Assembly: GCA_001179505.1 (NCBI GenBank)
Contig: CDMY01000270.1
Coordinates: forward strand, 62,001 to 126,000
Origin: Vitrella brassicaformis CCMP3155
Lineage: Eukaryota; Protista; Chromerida
Length of the DNA: 64,000 nt
Direction: 5' to 3'
Shown here: positions 13,501 to 25,613 of the stretch, piece by piece
Layout: every line of letters begins with the position of its first letter
Numbering within the stretch: the stretch's first letter is position 1
Notes under the pieces: generated by a model
Told to the model about the DNA's origin: nothing
The model's input: only the letters and a program-made list of their open reading frames with translations
Databases searched by the model: none
Position numbers and translations under genes: made by a program

Positions 13501-13608
13501 GCGTGTCGTGCACTGGCTCACGAGTAGGTTCCAGAAGTGGCTGCCGATGAAGTTGGCGAAGGTCCCAAGCTGCAGCGTCACTACATCACGAGGACCGGAC
13601 GATGCCAT
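10514..13608 (-). CDS. MSTO1: Misato/DML1 family tubulin-FtsZ-like protein
   Basis: The N-terminus RDVVTLQLGTFANFIGSHFWN matches the Misato segment II motif. Also YRPRLMVVD, RYFTDYLK, LRHQLELSDRIDAFQMLTD and WFDSSAIIATALDALTSPVR. Last exon ...EGDRDEDEDDDMDDV* (stop 10514-10516). Confidence 0.85.
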
Positions 13609-13701
13609 GCTGATGAATCTACGCTCAGAGCAGCGTCAGCAGTGGCCTCTATCAGCCTGTAAGAGCTTCAAGCACCGTCGCAGACCTGAGCGATCCACCA
13701 C

Positions 13702-13721
13702 ATGCGAGCTTCAGCTCGCAT
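13702..13721. promoter_or_regulatory. Candidate promoter element: inverted pair of TGCGAGCT (atgcgagct-tc-agctcgcat) between Misato and ADA
   Basis: Perfect 9-bp inverted repeat. The same octamer recurs at 20868, 36479, 36492, 43172 (reverse), 56147 and 61696. Confidence 0.55.
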
Positions 13722-13885
13722 CCTCGCCATCGCCATCCTCTTTTCCCTCTTTCCAGGTAAGTGGCATGATCTCCATGTCATCAAAAGAGCGTCTCCTTCA
13801 TTCCTGGTGCTTTTGCGCCGTACTTTGTGCAGGCCCCACTTCTTGACTTCTATCGGCCCAGTCTGTCACCTCCTCCTGGGGATAG

Positions 13886-15568
13886 ATGCCTTCCACAGCC
13901 GACAGAAAGGCCGAAAACAACTGGTAAGGCACCGATCCACACACGGCCGACACATTGCCGTCCGTCAAAGCGAGCCCTACCGCTGATCTTGGCTGCTTGT
14001 CGTTGTGTGCAGGTACTGGTCCATCCCGAAGGTGGAGGTAGGTAGGGGAGAGTGCTGGCCATCAAGCAAACATGAGGATCCGATCCAGGTATATATGCGA
14101 TGTTTGATGGCATGGCTGGCTAGCAGCTTCACTGCCACCTGGAGGGCAGCATCCGGTTCTCGCGGCTCATCAATGAGTATGTGCGGCAAGGCATCGCCCT
14201 CCCCACCGACGACGTGCCGGCCCAGCGGGATTTCTTCCTTATCGAGACACCCGTGCCGGACCTCAGCGCCTTCGTCGACAAGTTCGACCACATACACAAG
14301 ATCTTCGGTCGGCCGGCCATCGTGGTTGCCTCTTCCATGCATCCTTCTTTCTGTGGTGTGTGTCTGACGCACAGCCGACCTGAGTGTGCTGGAGGCGATA
14401 ACTGAGGAGGTGATCGAGGACAAGTTCAACGAGGGTGTGGTCATGTTCGAGATGAGATGGGCGCCCAGCTACATATCGGGCAGCTTCGAGTACGACTTCA
14501 ACGACATCCTGCGGTACATCCAGCGGGGCGTCGCCAAGGGCCGTGCCAAATGCGACAACAAGATCGAGGTAGGTAGGGAAGAGTGCTGGCCATGAAGCAG
14601 ACAGACATGAGGATCCGATCCATGTATATATGCGATGTTTGATGGCTGCAGGTTGGCATGATCTGCATAGCTGTCGGTGCGTTGGGTGCCGAGCAGTTCA
14701 AGAAGACCGCCGACTTCTGCATAGCCAACAAGGATGCATTCATCGCCTTCGATATCGCCGGCAATGAAGTGAACGCCGGCCAGTACAAGGTAGGTGACAT
14801 CACCGACCCACCCCCATCCACACGAACAACATCACATCCTTCCATTATGGGTCTCTTTTTCTGTCTCAGGAGTACATGGATCAGCTGCATGCGGCGGGGG
14901 TCAACATCACTGTGCATGCAGCCGAGGACAGGGTGGCCGGGAAACCGGAGAACGCCATCATAGCCGTCGAAGACCTCCACGCCACGCGCATCGGCCACGG
15001 CATCCAGACCGAGAAGGACCCAGCAGCGTTCAAGACGATTCTCGACCGGGACATCCACCTGGAGCTGTGTCCCTCATCCAACTACGTGACAAACTCAGTG
15101 GACAGCGTGGCTGACCATCCCATCCGACGATTCTTCGACCTCGGTGCCAACATCTCCCTCAACACGGACGACCCCGGCCTGATGGCGGTGGACCTGCCGC
15201 ACGAGTACAAGCTGCTGCACGAGCTGCCCAGCCTCCACTTCACCCCAGCCGAGTTCAAGGACATGAACCTCAAGGCGATCGAGGCCAGCTTCATGCCCAA
15301 GCACATCAAGGACAAGGTGCGCGACACGTGGTTCTCTCACAAGGACCCCCTGGGCATCGCCGTGCCGCTGCCCGACCTGCAGCCAGCCAAGCAGGTAGCG
15401 GCAGCGGCAGTGGCTGCTGCTGTGGCGACGGCAGCTGCCCCGGCAGCCCAGCCGTCGGTGCAGCAGAAGAAGGAGAGGAAGACGCGCATTGCGGAGGATG
15501 TGCTGTCGCCAGTGGAGGGCATGCAACCCGAGAGAAAGAAAGAGGGACGCAGATGCTGCTGCTTCTGA
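13886..15568 (+). CDS. ADA: Adenosine deaminase with a C-terminal extension ending RRCCCF
   Basis: Spliced MPSTADRKAENNW|YWSIPKVE|LHCHLEGS...EMRWAP...FDIAGNE...VHAAE...RIGHG...ELCPSSN...LNTDDP. Metal-binding and catalytic motifs of the ADA family are present, with HAAE in place of HAGE. Confidence 0.93.
14038..14651 (+). repeat. Twin homologous introns 14038-14126 and 14569-14651 within ADA
   Basis: Both read gtaggtaggg(g/a)agagtgctggccat(c/g)aagca...acatgaggatccgatcca(g/t)gtatatatgcgatgtttgatggc...cag. Removing each restores the ADA frame (KVE|LHCH and KIE|VGMI). Confidence 0.9.
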
Positions 15569-16027
15569 CTGAGACATCCACCTACCAACCAACGAATACA
15601 TAGATTCCAAGGCCTGGGAGAGGAGGGGATCCCACTGCATGGCCTGGCTCGATCGTTTTCCTTGTCGGTCTGTGTGGCTTCTTTGACTGGCTTTGGGGCG
15701 GCGTGGTGCTGCCTTGATCTGTTCTGTTGTCTGCCGAAATGCAGAAGCGTGAATTTTTCCCTTGTGTGAGTGCGTGGTGCAGTGGAGTTTTCGGCTTGCG
15801 AGAGAGAAGGGAGACAGGAAGGAAAGCATGGGAGGGTTGACTCGTAAGACAATCCGCCTTAGTCAATGAGACATCGCCCGATCCATATATACGTCAGGAG
15901 GCGAAAGACACTGACATTCTGATGTCTTTTTTCCATCCAATCAAGCAATGCCCAGTGACCAGTCATGTCTCTCTCGTTGGCCGGTCGGCCAAAGCTTTCA
16001 TGACATGACCGTCCATCCACTTCATTC

Positions 16028-19000
16028 TCAGTATGGAGAGCAGAGGGCCGTCACCTTCACCGATGGCCGCGGAAGAGTCTTCAGCGTGCCGATGGAGTGC
16101 TGGTATTCCAGCCTCTGAGACACCAAATGGGCACATAAGGGAGAGGCACCAATGGCATGGCAGCACCGGCGTTCTCCTTCTCCCACCTGCATCGTCTCAT
16201 TGGCATCTTCCGGTTTGAACAACAACCCTCTATTGCTCTTGCTGCGGCCAGTCGGTGCAGGCAAGACCTTACTCAGTGGCACCTTGCCGCCAGCGGCATA
16301 CTGCGGCTGCTCCTCCCCTTCCCCGTCCGCCTTAGACTCTGCTGTAGGAATGTCGCTGCGGAACCAGGCCATCTTCATTGCGGCAGACGACTTGGCGGCC
16401 GCCAAGTGGAAAGGCCTCTCTCTGGTGTTCTCCATGTCGGGCGGCTTGGGCACACTGTCGACCAGCTGAGACCGGCTGGGCACACTGGTGAGAGTGTGGG
16501 CGAAGTCGAGAGGGTGCAATGCGCGGCCGCGAGAGAGCTTCTTGCGCTGTGCGGGCTCGGGTGGGAGCTGGGCCATGGTGTTTTGGATGAAGAACGCGGA
16601 GCGGTCCTCTTTCTGGGACGCCTGTTCCTCCAGCTTCTTCTTGACCTCTCGCCGGTACATATGCCGCCCACCCATGGTGCCTGCACGCAGGGGCACATAG
16701 TGAATGCCAAATGCTCATCGAGACACGATGAAATCAGCTGCAGCGTGCTGTTTACCGGCCGGCACGCTTGGTTTCTCCTTGGCGCGCCCCATCGCGGCAG
16801 TGAGTGCGCCTCGCACCTGCTCTTGTATGAAGCCATATGCCGCACCCGTCACCCCCATCATATACTGGTCGATGATGTCCGCTTGGTCGTCACCCAAATG
16901 TGCCTCGATGTCCCCTAGGGCCACCTGAACCAGGCGCCTTTTCGCCGACTTCGCCACGGGCGACGCTCCAGTCGTGTCCTGACGGTCTTGGTGCACAGCC
17001 TGCCCCAGCTTTACGAACCGCAAGTCGACACCGACGGACCTCTGCCTGGGTGTGACTGGCCTGCTGTCGGGGAAGAGGGGTAGCAGCACTGGCGAAGGGG
17101 GCGGGGGTGGACGCTGATAGGGAGAAGCCGGCGTCTCTTGACGCATCTGCGGCTCGGCCTCGGCTTGGTGCTCAGGGCCAGGGGGAGGGGGAGGGGGAGG
17201 ATGAGGGGGAGGAGGCGCTTGGCGTATTGGTGTGGGTCCGGATGAGAGGGGGGCAGGGGTGGGGTTCTTTGTCACCACCGGTGATGTGTCAGGCGACATC
17301 TGCTTGGCTGGCCGGAGACCAGACGGCGCGGCCAGAGGGATGCCCGTCAGAATGGGGGACGGCTCGGCCAGGGCCCCCAGCTGCTGCCCAACGTCAGCAA
17401 TGGGGGCGTCTGAGAGGCCCTCAAGAGGAAAAACGACGGCACGTTCAGAGGGTGTCCGTCTTGGAACCTCGCTCGCTCCCGAGGCGGCGGACATTAAGGA
17501 CTCCCTCCGCCGCCGATCCTTGGCGGATGGCAAAGTGGGATGAGAGGGCGGTCGGCTGACACCTTGAAGGATTGATGACCCCCCTTCAAATAGAGGCGTT
17601 TCGGGGGCCTGAGCACAGGTACATGTCCGCCTTTGTGTGGGGGCGCCCTGTGTCGTGGGTCTTGACCGCCTTGCCCTCCGCCGCCCCAGTGTCACAATGC
17701 TCCCCGTCTCTCGTGACACAGCCGTCCTGTTGTCGATCCAGTGGTAGCCTGCTGCACTTGAAGAGGCGCTGGACAGCCCTCTGTTGCTCTCGGTCCACCA
17801 GTCCAGGATGCTCTCGCCCTGAGCAGTGGTCGACATGTAGGCAGTGGACGCGGGTCGCACAAGCTGTGTCTCAGACCGCTGCTGCTGCTGAGGTTCATCT
17901 GCGGCCAAGTGACGAGAAGACATGCTCTTGCAGAGGAGGAGTGGGGGGCTGCTCGGGTCGACGTCTGGCCTTTCCCCATCCGTAATGAAGGCACGGGATG
18001 ACGATGCAGACTCGGGCAGCGGGACTGGGATGGCAGAAGAGGGGCGGTCCAGTTCCCTCCTCTCTGTGGCAGCTGTGGGTGGTGGTGCTGTGGAAGGTCT
18101 GGTGGCTGCATCGAGGATAGCGAGGCTGCGGAGCTCCTCGATTGTGCCCCGCAGCGCCTCAAGCGTTTCAGGTGTGAGGACCTACAGCCACATGAAACGA
18201 AGGACGGACGATGGATGCATCGAACCCCTGGTATTACGGCAATGATGTCTCTCTCGTACCATCGATGGCGCGACCAGAGGAAAGAATCGGATATCTGGTA
18301 GAGGGCGTGGTGCGCCCTCCTCGTCCACTTCATGGGGTCGGGCAAACCGCAACGAATCCATGAAAACATCAAGATGATGCCACAGCTGGTTGTGTCTCCG
18401 TATGGATGCGAGGGGCGAGTTATTGAGGTATTGTGCCACCCCAGCGGGCAAGACCAGGTCACAGATGCCCGACGACGGCTTGGGCGGCGGGAAGTGGCTT
18501 ATGCTCAGGGGCGGGGGCACACGGGTCTTGAGCGTGTCGACGTCCTCGAGAAAGGTACTATTCCACAACAGACCAACCTACAGCCACACGTGACTACGCT
18601 CAGACGAAATGGAAAAGGCCGTAGGTGTGTGGATTTGTAGCTGACCAGTCTCTGGACGTCTTGACATTTGCGAGTGAGCTCTTGACGAGTGAATGCTTCT
18701 CTCAAAGCATAGAACCGCCGGTAGCGGCTCTCGTACAGCCTTGCGCGCTGCCGGGCCATCTCCTGTGGATAGATAGAAAACAGCACACCTCTGCACCGGT
18801 TTCACATCTGTCGACCCTGTCTCATATCTCACTCACCTTCATGCTGCTTCTGAACTCCATCGACAGATGCCTTTCGACATCCTGTCCTTCACACAGACGG
18901 CAGACAGACAAACATACACACACGAGACACGACAATGAATGAATGGGCATTCACCTCACCCTTCGTTTTGTGGTTCGGTTTCCCTCACTCACCTTTCTGT

Positions 19001-20662
19001 CGATGACCATGACCTCCACAGCCCGGCTGCCCGCCACGGCCGCATACTCAAAGAGCCCCTCGTCCTTTTCTCTCTCCTCGATGACTCTTTGGCGACCCCC
19101 TCTTTTGCTGGAAATGTGGTGGAATATACGCAGGTCCTTGAGGACCGACAACCCCACCCACTGCCCTTCGCTTAGTGTAGCCAGCACTGGCGGCGGGAAG
19201 GGAGGGGGACCCATGGCGTCGAGCGACTCTTGCAGCCTCTTGCATTCGTCTTCTTGCTTGATGATCCGCACCTGAGACACACAAAATGAATGGCAAAGTG
19301 ATCCATTATGTGTACCTGTAGGCCTGAGACCCTCGCTGTTTGATCGCTATCTGATGCACTGACCTCTCCCTGGACGATGACCATGAGTTCGTTGTGTGAG
19401 GGTTGCATCTCATTCTCGAGGAATTGGCCCATTTTGAAAAACTGCTGTTTGAAGAAGTACGAAATGGCGTCCACACACTTCTCAGCCACCCTCCCATAGC
19501 CAGGCACATACCTGTCGAAACCGAACAGGCAGGCAGCAAAAGAAGGAGACAGCATTGACAGAGACTGAAATCGAACGATTGCGGCCGGCCCGTACTTGCG
19601 GATGAATGCCAGCTTCTTGCGATACTTCTTGCCCATCTCCTTCTTGAGAATGCTATTAAATGCCCTCTTTGTGAGATAACATGCCTCCACCGGACCCAAC
19701 AACTGCACAGACGGACCGCCCAAGAAGCAATCAATGTCTGTCTCCGACATGGCATAAGCCATTTCTCCCTCTCTCACCGCCTTAATGGACGCAGCTCTCT
19801 TCTGCTCCGTGATGAGGCCCCTCTCGCCAAACGACGCCCCGCTGGAGAGTATCCCAACCCTGAAGGCCGCCCACCTCGGCCGGTCTCCCCACTCATCCTC
19901 TTCCCCCTCCTCGCTCTCAATGGCAGCCTCACTCATGAACGTCCGCCCCCGCAATGCAGGCGACGGCTGCTGGCTGCCGAGGCTCTTGCGGGTGGACACT
20001 CGCCTGACAGACGTCGGTGAAGGCGCCTCGGGGGTGCGGGGGGCCGTGACGGGCCTGGTAGGAGAAGGCTGCGCTGACGATGATGCGGACGACGAAGAGC
20101 TCTCTTCGGACTCGGGCAGCTGAATCGGCTGGGGTGTCTGAAAACGGGTTACCAGGGTTGGGAAAATCGCTGTGAGCAGAGAGTATTGCGGACCTGTATT
20201 CGGAGGTACGCCGGGAGCAGTTGCTCTGGCTTGATGTAGATGCCACATGTGCCGCGAAGGATGATGTAGAAATTGTCGGCCTCCTCGCCTTGACGACATA
20301 GATAGGTCCCCTTGACGAAGCACTCGTACAAAAGGTTCTGACACACCTGCACCAGGGGCGCAAAAGAAAGAGAGACATCCATCGCTCGCTTCCACAACCA
20401 TCTGCTGCATCATTTCCGCCTCCCGCCTCCCAGCTCTCACCGCCTTTTGTGTCTTTTCGGGGAGTGTGCTGAAGAAGCTGTTCTGTTCCAAGAGGCGCCG
20501 CAGCTGTGAGACGTGGTAGACACTCCTCTCCTCTGAGAAGACAGGAACAAGACACAATCAAGCATATGGTCTGGTCGCCTGTCTTATGCTCTCGTTACTC
20601 GGCGGCTGATTTTTGAGTATCTCCACGCAGGTGCGCAGACGGCGACCGTCGGAGTCTTCCAT
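16028..20662 (-). CDS. Large cyclic-nucleotide-binding domain protein (two CNB-like domains, long low-complexity C-terminus); 3' end approximate
   Basis: MEDSDGRRLRTCVEILKNQPP..., LCRQGEEADNFYIILRGTCGIY, a phosphate-binding cassette FGERGLITEQKRAASIKA, and a second domain FFKMGQFLENE...LMVIVQGE|VRIIK...LATLSEGQWVG. Confidence 0.75.
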
Positions 20663-21002
20663 TTGCTGTCACGGCGGGGAAAGCAGATGGGGCTCAAGAG
20701 AGGGGCTCATCTATTGGGGCTCATCAAGACCTCAAAGGTGTCCCATTATATCGTCAGATGAGGTGGATCTGCGCACGTGTGCACGATGTCCGGCGCGCGA
20801 AAGAGCCGGTCGGTCGGTCGGGTAAGGGTCCGCCCTGTCTTCCCTTTCCTGCCCTCTCAGCCGCCTTTGCGAGCTAAGCTTGCAGCTGCATGAATTCGAC
20901 CTAATGAAAGGAGAAGAAGGGAAGAGAAGAGAACCAGCAGACCATTTCATGGAGTCAGCGGCTATTCAGCATCGCAGCCACCAGCAGCATCCGGGGTGTG
21001 TC

Positions 21003-22683
21003 ATGAGCAGCGCTGAATCATCGGGGAGATCACGTCGTGACAGACGACACAGTAGGTGGCTGCATCTTTCTCTCGCCGTCGCCGGTCTTATCCATTCGTC
21101 CCTCGCCCTCTCCTCGAGACCATCTCTTCGTGAGCTCATGACTGTCCCGCCTCAGGTGCGGCATTCGGCCACGCCAGCGCTGTTCGCGATAGCAGCAAAG
21201 CCGCCTGTCAATGGATCTGAGGATCGGCGGACCTGTCACCGCCCCTTGCCACGGCGAAGACTACGGTGCTCATCTGCCAGCACTGATCTGCCGCTGACTG
21301 ACGGCAATCCGCTTGAAGGGCTTCCAGAGTTCAAGTTCCCGTCGACCAAGACCAGCAAGACGCCCACAATGGAGCCGCCGAAAGAGCAAGACCGGCCGAC
21401 AGACAAGCAGCCGAAGACGGAGGAGACGATATCAGAAGACGAGTCAAGGTCAAGCTGTGTTGCAGAGCAAGGAGAGGACCTGGGAAGGTCGCTAGTGCAG
21501 GGGATGGGGGAGGGTGAGGCTGAAGTAGGGGAGGATGCTGAGCCGGCGAATGACGTGTTGCGTGTCAAGTTTGGGAGTGCGGTGTGGCAGAGTGTGAGTG
21601 GCACCTACCAGCGGCTCGCGGATCACCCATTCTGCCTCGACATGGCTGAAGGAAACCTACCCGCGGAGGTCAGTGAGGGCTGCAGTTAACACCATCACAT
21701 AAACATACACACACGGACTTGTGGCCGTTGTCCTGTTGTGTGTGACTGTTGTGACTGGAACATTCTGTCTGCCCACTCAGGTGTTTCAGCGTTTCGTGGT
21801 GCAGTGTCTTGTGTTGCTGGATGACGTCCAGAAAGGGACCTCTGTGCTGGCACAGCGCACCCCCGAGGGCCTGCAGGAGATGCTGATGGAGGTGGCCTCT
21901 GTCAGCCGGCAGGTGTCTGATGACCTCAGCAGCCAGTACCCACAGCAAAGGGAGCTCCTCGAGCTGGGTACGCTCGCTGGTCTGCAGTGCAGCCAGCTGA
22001 CAACAGCTGATGCAAAAAGCTGTGTAAGTGCTGTGTTGTGTGTTTAAACTGTCAGGTTCGGTTCGATTTCCGTGTCAGCTGGACAGCTGCTTCTATTTGT
22101 CCAACTTTATCCGCAGCACGTGTGGCACACGAGTGCTGCCGGCCGGCCTCGCTTGCATCATCGCCTTCTGGTGGATACTCAGGTAGGTCCTAATGTGGCC
22201 GGGGCGGGGCGGCGAGCCATGAAGTTGAAATGCGGCCATAGTACGGTCGGTCATTGCGTGTGTGTCATGATGCGACGCGTGCTGTGCTGTCTTCCTTCAG
22301 GGACATGCTGAAGGAGATCGACGTGGTTGCGTCACAAGACAATCCATACAGGTCGGTATGCGGAATGCATGCACAGACAGACACCTGAGGCACGGCAACA
22401 CATGAACCAATGGGGTAGGGCAGCATGCGGTGCCATGCGATGCGATGTGTGTCTTCTTCCTTCCAGGCCGGCGCTCCAGGCGGTCTGTTCGTCCTACACA
22501 CTGCACACCGTCGAGTCGCTTCGGTTCCTCCTCGACGCCATCGGGGAGTCCACCGGTGACACTGGCAGGACGGAGATCGAGCGTGTCTTCCAGGCCATGA
22601 GTGGACTGCTTCTCAACATGGTCGAGGAGCTCTACCCCTCACCCCCACCGCCACCAATGCCGGGATTCGAGCAGGCCGGCTAA
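21003..22683 (+). CDS. TenA/THI-4/PQQC (heme-oxygenase-like fold) protein with a hydrophobic N-terminal presequence
   Basis: VWQSVSGTYQRLADHPFCLDMAEGNLPAE|VFQRFVVQ matches the TenA N-terminus (HPF...G.LP...F..Y..Q). Later exons align to TenA helices. The start codon is uncertain. Confidence 0.7.
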
Positions 22684-23336
22684 GCCGGGATTTGGCTGGC
22701 CCATCTGTGGCGGTGACTCTGGTGCGTTTGTGAGGTGCGTTTGTTTGTGAGGTCGTAGAGGCGTTGGTCAGCCAAATCAAGTAGTGACTTTTGATGTGGA
22801 CCATTCAGACATCTTCGTATAATGCCAGTGACTTCACGGTGTGTTTATCAGCACTAAACCCACCCCCTCCAGCGGGCACGTCCGTTTGTATGGTGTTCGC
22901 GTGTCTGTGCTGTCGCCCACTGGCGCAGCTCGAGTGAAAGGGGCGAGCGGGTCGTGTGTGTTATACAACCAAACTCACACATCAGATGCGCAAACGTTCG
23001 TGGGAGACGTGTGTGGTGTGGTGTGTGGGGGTGAAGCGCACCATATGGCATGAGTATGGATTGAATCGACGACACGCACGCACACGAGCCACACACAAAT
23101 ACACACGCAAGCACTGCTGTCCATCGTGCACATGTTTGTATGGATTGATGAGTTCGGTCGGTAGGGCTACACTTGTGTGTCTCGCAGATGCACCGAGGCA
23201 GCGCTGCGCTATCTATCTCCGCCACTTCGTCGTGGCCGTCCTCCCCGACCCCCACCTGACATCCATCCATCGACCGATGACCCGCACAATGAATCTGAAG
23301 CAGCCGGTCTAACTTGACCCCTCGCCACTCTCACCT

Positions 23337-25313
23337 TCAGCCGTCATCTGCTGCTGCTGCTACTGGCCGGCTATCGTCCCACTCCTCCCGCAACTCGCCA
23401 TCCACATCTGCACACACACAGAGGAGGCACACACATATCCGGCTGGACACAAGACACACCCCGCTCGCCCGCACCCCTCTTGCCTGTGTTGGTGAGCTCC
23501 ACCAGCGGCCCGCCATCGTCAATGTCGTCATGATGCTGCACACTGGGGGGCGCTGTGGCGGCGGCAGCTTCTGAGTGGTCCGATCGCTTGACCTCAGCCT
23601 CGAAGAACGCCCTGCATCAATGGGGAGAGAGCGAAATGGACAAGAGACGGGTGGGGGTGATGAATATGTGGCTCGGTTGGTTACACACTTGAATTTGCGT
23701 CTCTCCTTGGCCTCCTCGTCGGCCTGCATCTTCTTGACCTCACGCAGCAGCTTACTGCATCAGACAACACAAGCAGAGAGACAGACCATGAATCGCCTTC
23801 GCCTTGGCCCCCTTCGTCCCCTCTATGTCTGCCTCTCCTTCTGCAGGCACCCACCTGAGTTCTGTGTCGTTGGGTGCGATGTCTAGTGCCCTGATGACGT
23901 TCCTCTTGGCCTCACCGAAGTCCTTGCACTCCAGATGGGCCCGCGCCCGGCGGTAGAGGGCCTTGACCAGGTGGGGGTCCACGGCCAGCACCTCCGTGCA
24001 CCGGCAGATCGTCATGGCCTAGTCCTTCAACTCCAAATAACACGCCGCCTGCACTCATAAATCGACACAACAGACACACACACGGTGTGGCGTGTTGGGC
24101 GTTCGTGTGCCTGCCCTGCCCACGGGCATACCTCATTGAGTTTGCACAAGGTAGCCAGGCGGTGCCTCTCCTCCTCGATGGCGGGGCTGGGCGCCACAAA
24201 GGCCAGGAGGCGGGCGGCCTTCGTGTAGTGTCGCAGGGCGTCCTCACACTGCCGCGACTGGAAGGACGTGTTGCCCTGGCCCTTGCATGCCTCAGCCCTG
24301 TTGCCATCACACCAACACACAACAGATGGGCGTGAGTGTTTGCTCTCTGGTCCTGGTCACTCACTCGTCGAGTCGCTGTTTGGCCTCGCCCTCGCCGTCT
24401 ATGTCGTCCCACTCGTCCTCCTCCGAGTCGCCATCCTTATCTGCACACACACACAAAACACATCCGAGTGAGAGATGCAGCAAGGCGGGCTGGGCACCGC
24501 ACAGACCACTTACCCTCACCCTCATCGCCATCGTCGTCATCCGCACCCTCCTCTGCACACCACCACACACACACCGATTCATCCGACCGACAGACCGAGA
24601 TGGAGGCGGCTGGCTGCACACTCACCCTCATCAGAGGCTTCCTCCTGTTGGTTGACCGCCATGTCTGCGATGGTGCTGCCCAGCGGGCCGCCCACCAGAG
24701 GGGCGGTGGCGGGCCGGCGGTCCTTGAAGGCATCAGATGCATCACCCACTGGCGGCTCGTTGGTGACGATAGAAACAGCCACTGCAAAACAGCACACGTC
24801 AAAGGACGGCTCAATCAGCAGAGGATCTGTGACGCCTCACCTGTGGTCGTGTTGGCCTGAGTGATGATGAGAGTGATCCACGCGACGAATGGGCTGTCGA
24901 ACGGCGTCAGCAGCAGAATCCGAACCTCAACAGGAGGATCAGTATCGTCCCACCTACTCGCCACGACGGCGGTGCATCGGTGGGGCGGCTGGTGGGGCGA
25001 CTGGTTGAGGAGGCCGTCCAGCACACCGCCGTGAGCATGCCTGAGGAGACCAACACATGACAGAGGGAAGAGGCCCTCATGAATCGATGTGTGTGTCTGA
25101 GTGTGGTCTGTCCTGCGTACCGGTTCCCGTAAAGCCATGGCGTCCTGCCAACATTGGCCACTGGGGGGAGCAGGATGACCCTCATGACGAACGCCGACGT
25201 CGAGGCCTGAGTGAGCACCTCACCGCCGGCCGTCCAGCCGCCCCCCTGCCGGCCGATTCTGGATCTGACGGGCGGGTTGTCGTTAATGGTGTGTGTGTGG
25301 TATGGGTGGGGGG
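23337..25313 (-). pseudogene. MGN-family copy D fused to a TPR domain; in-frame TAG in the TPR exon; 5' part lost in gap
   Basis: Family exons (HAHGGVLDGLLNQSPHQPP, NEPPVGDASDAFKDRRP) are followed by an acidic linker, then KGQGNTSFQSRQCEDALRHYTKA...AACYLELKD*AMTICRCTEVLAVDPHLVKALYRRARAHLECKDFGEAKRNVIRALDIAPND. The TAG is at + strand cta 24019-24021. Confidence 0.7.
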
Positions 25314-25613
25314 NNNNNNNNNNNNNNNNNNNNNNNNNNNNNNNNNNNNNNNNNNNNNNNNNNNNNNNNNNNNNNNNNNNNNNNNNNNNNNNNNNNNNNN
25401 NNNNNNNNNNNNNNNNNNNNNNNNNNNNNNNNNNNNNNNNNNNNNNNNNNNNNNNNNNNNNNNNNNNNNNNNNNNNNNNNNNNNNNNNNNNNNNNNNNNN
25501 NNNNNNNNNNNNNNNNNNNNNNNNNNNNNNNNNNNNNNNNNNNNNNNNNNNNNNNNNNNNNNNNNNNNNNNNNNNNNNNNNNNNNNNNNNNNNNNNNNNN
25601 NNNNNNNNNNNNN

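Noticed and set aside
13702-13986. ORF MRASARILAIAILFSLFPG looked like a signal peptide for a secreted ADA
   Set aside because: Splicing it (gtaagt 13757 to cag 13832) gives a stop or the wrong frame. The frame that joins the PKVELH exon begins at ATG 13886, directly after a TAG. The upstream ORF is probably 5'UTR/promoter and overlaps the TGCGAGCT palindrome.
16157-17923. Many long overlapping antisense or alternate-frame ORFs here and throughout the window (also 28204-28713, 38721-39542, 41150-42121)
   Set aside because: Expected shadows of GC-rich coding sequence; no motifs or splice support.
24019-24021. In-frame TAG as possible readthrough or pyrrolysine recoding
   Set aside because: The paralogue has TAC at this position, and other genes here use TAG as a normal stop (e.g. 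52021-52023). A simple nonsense mutation is more parsimonious.
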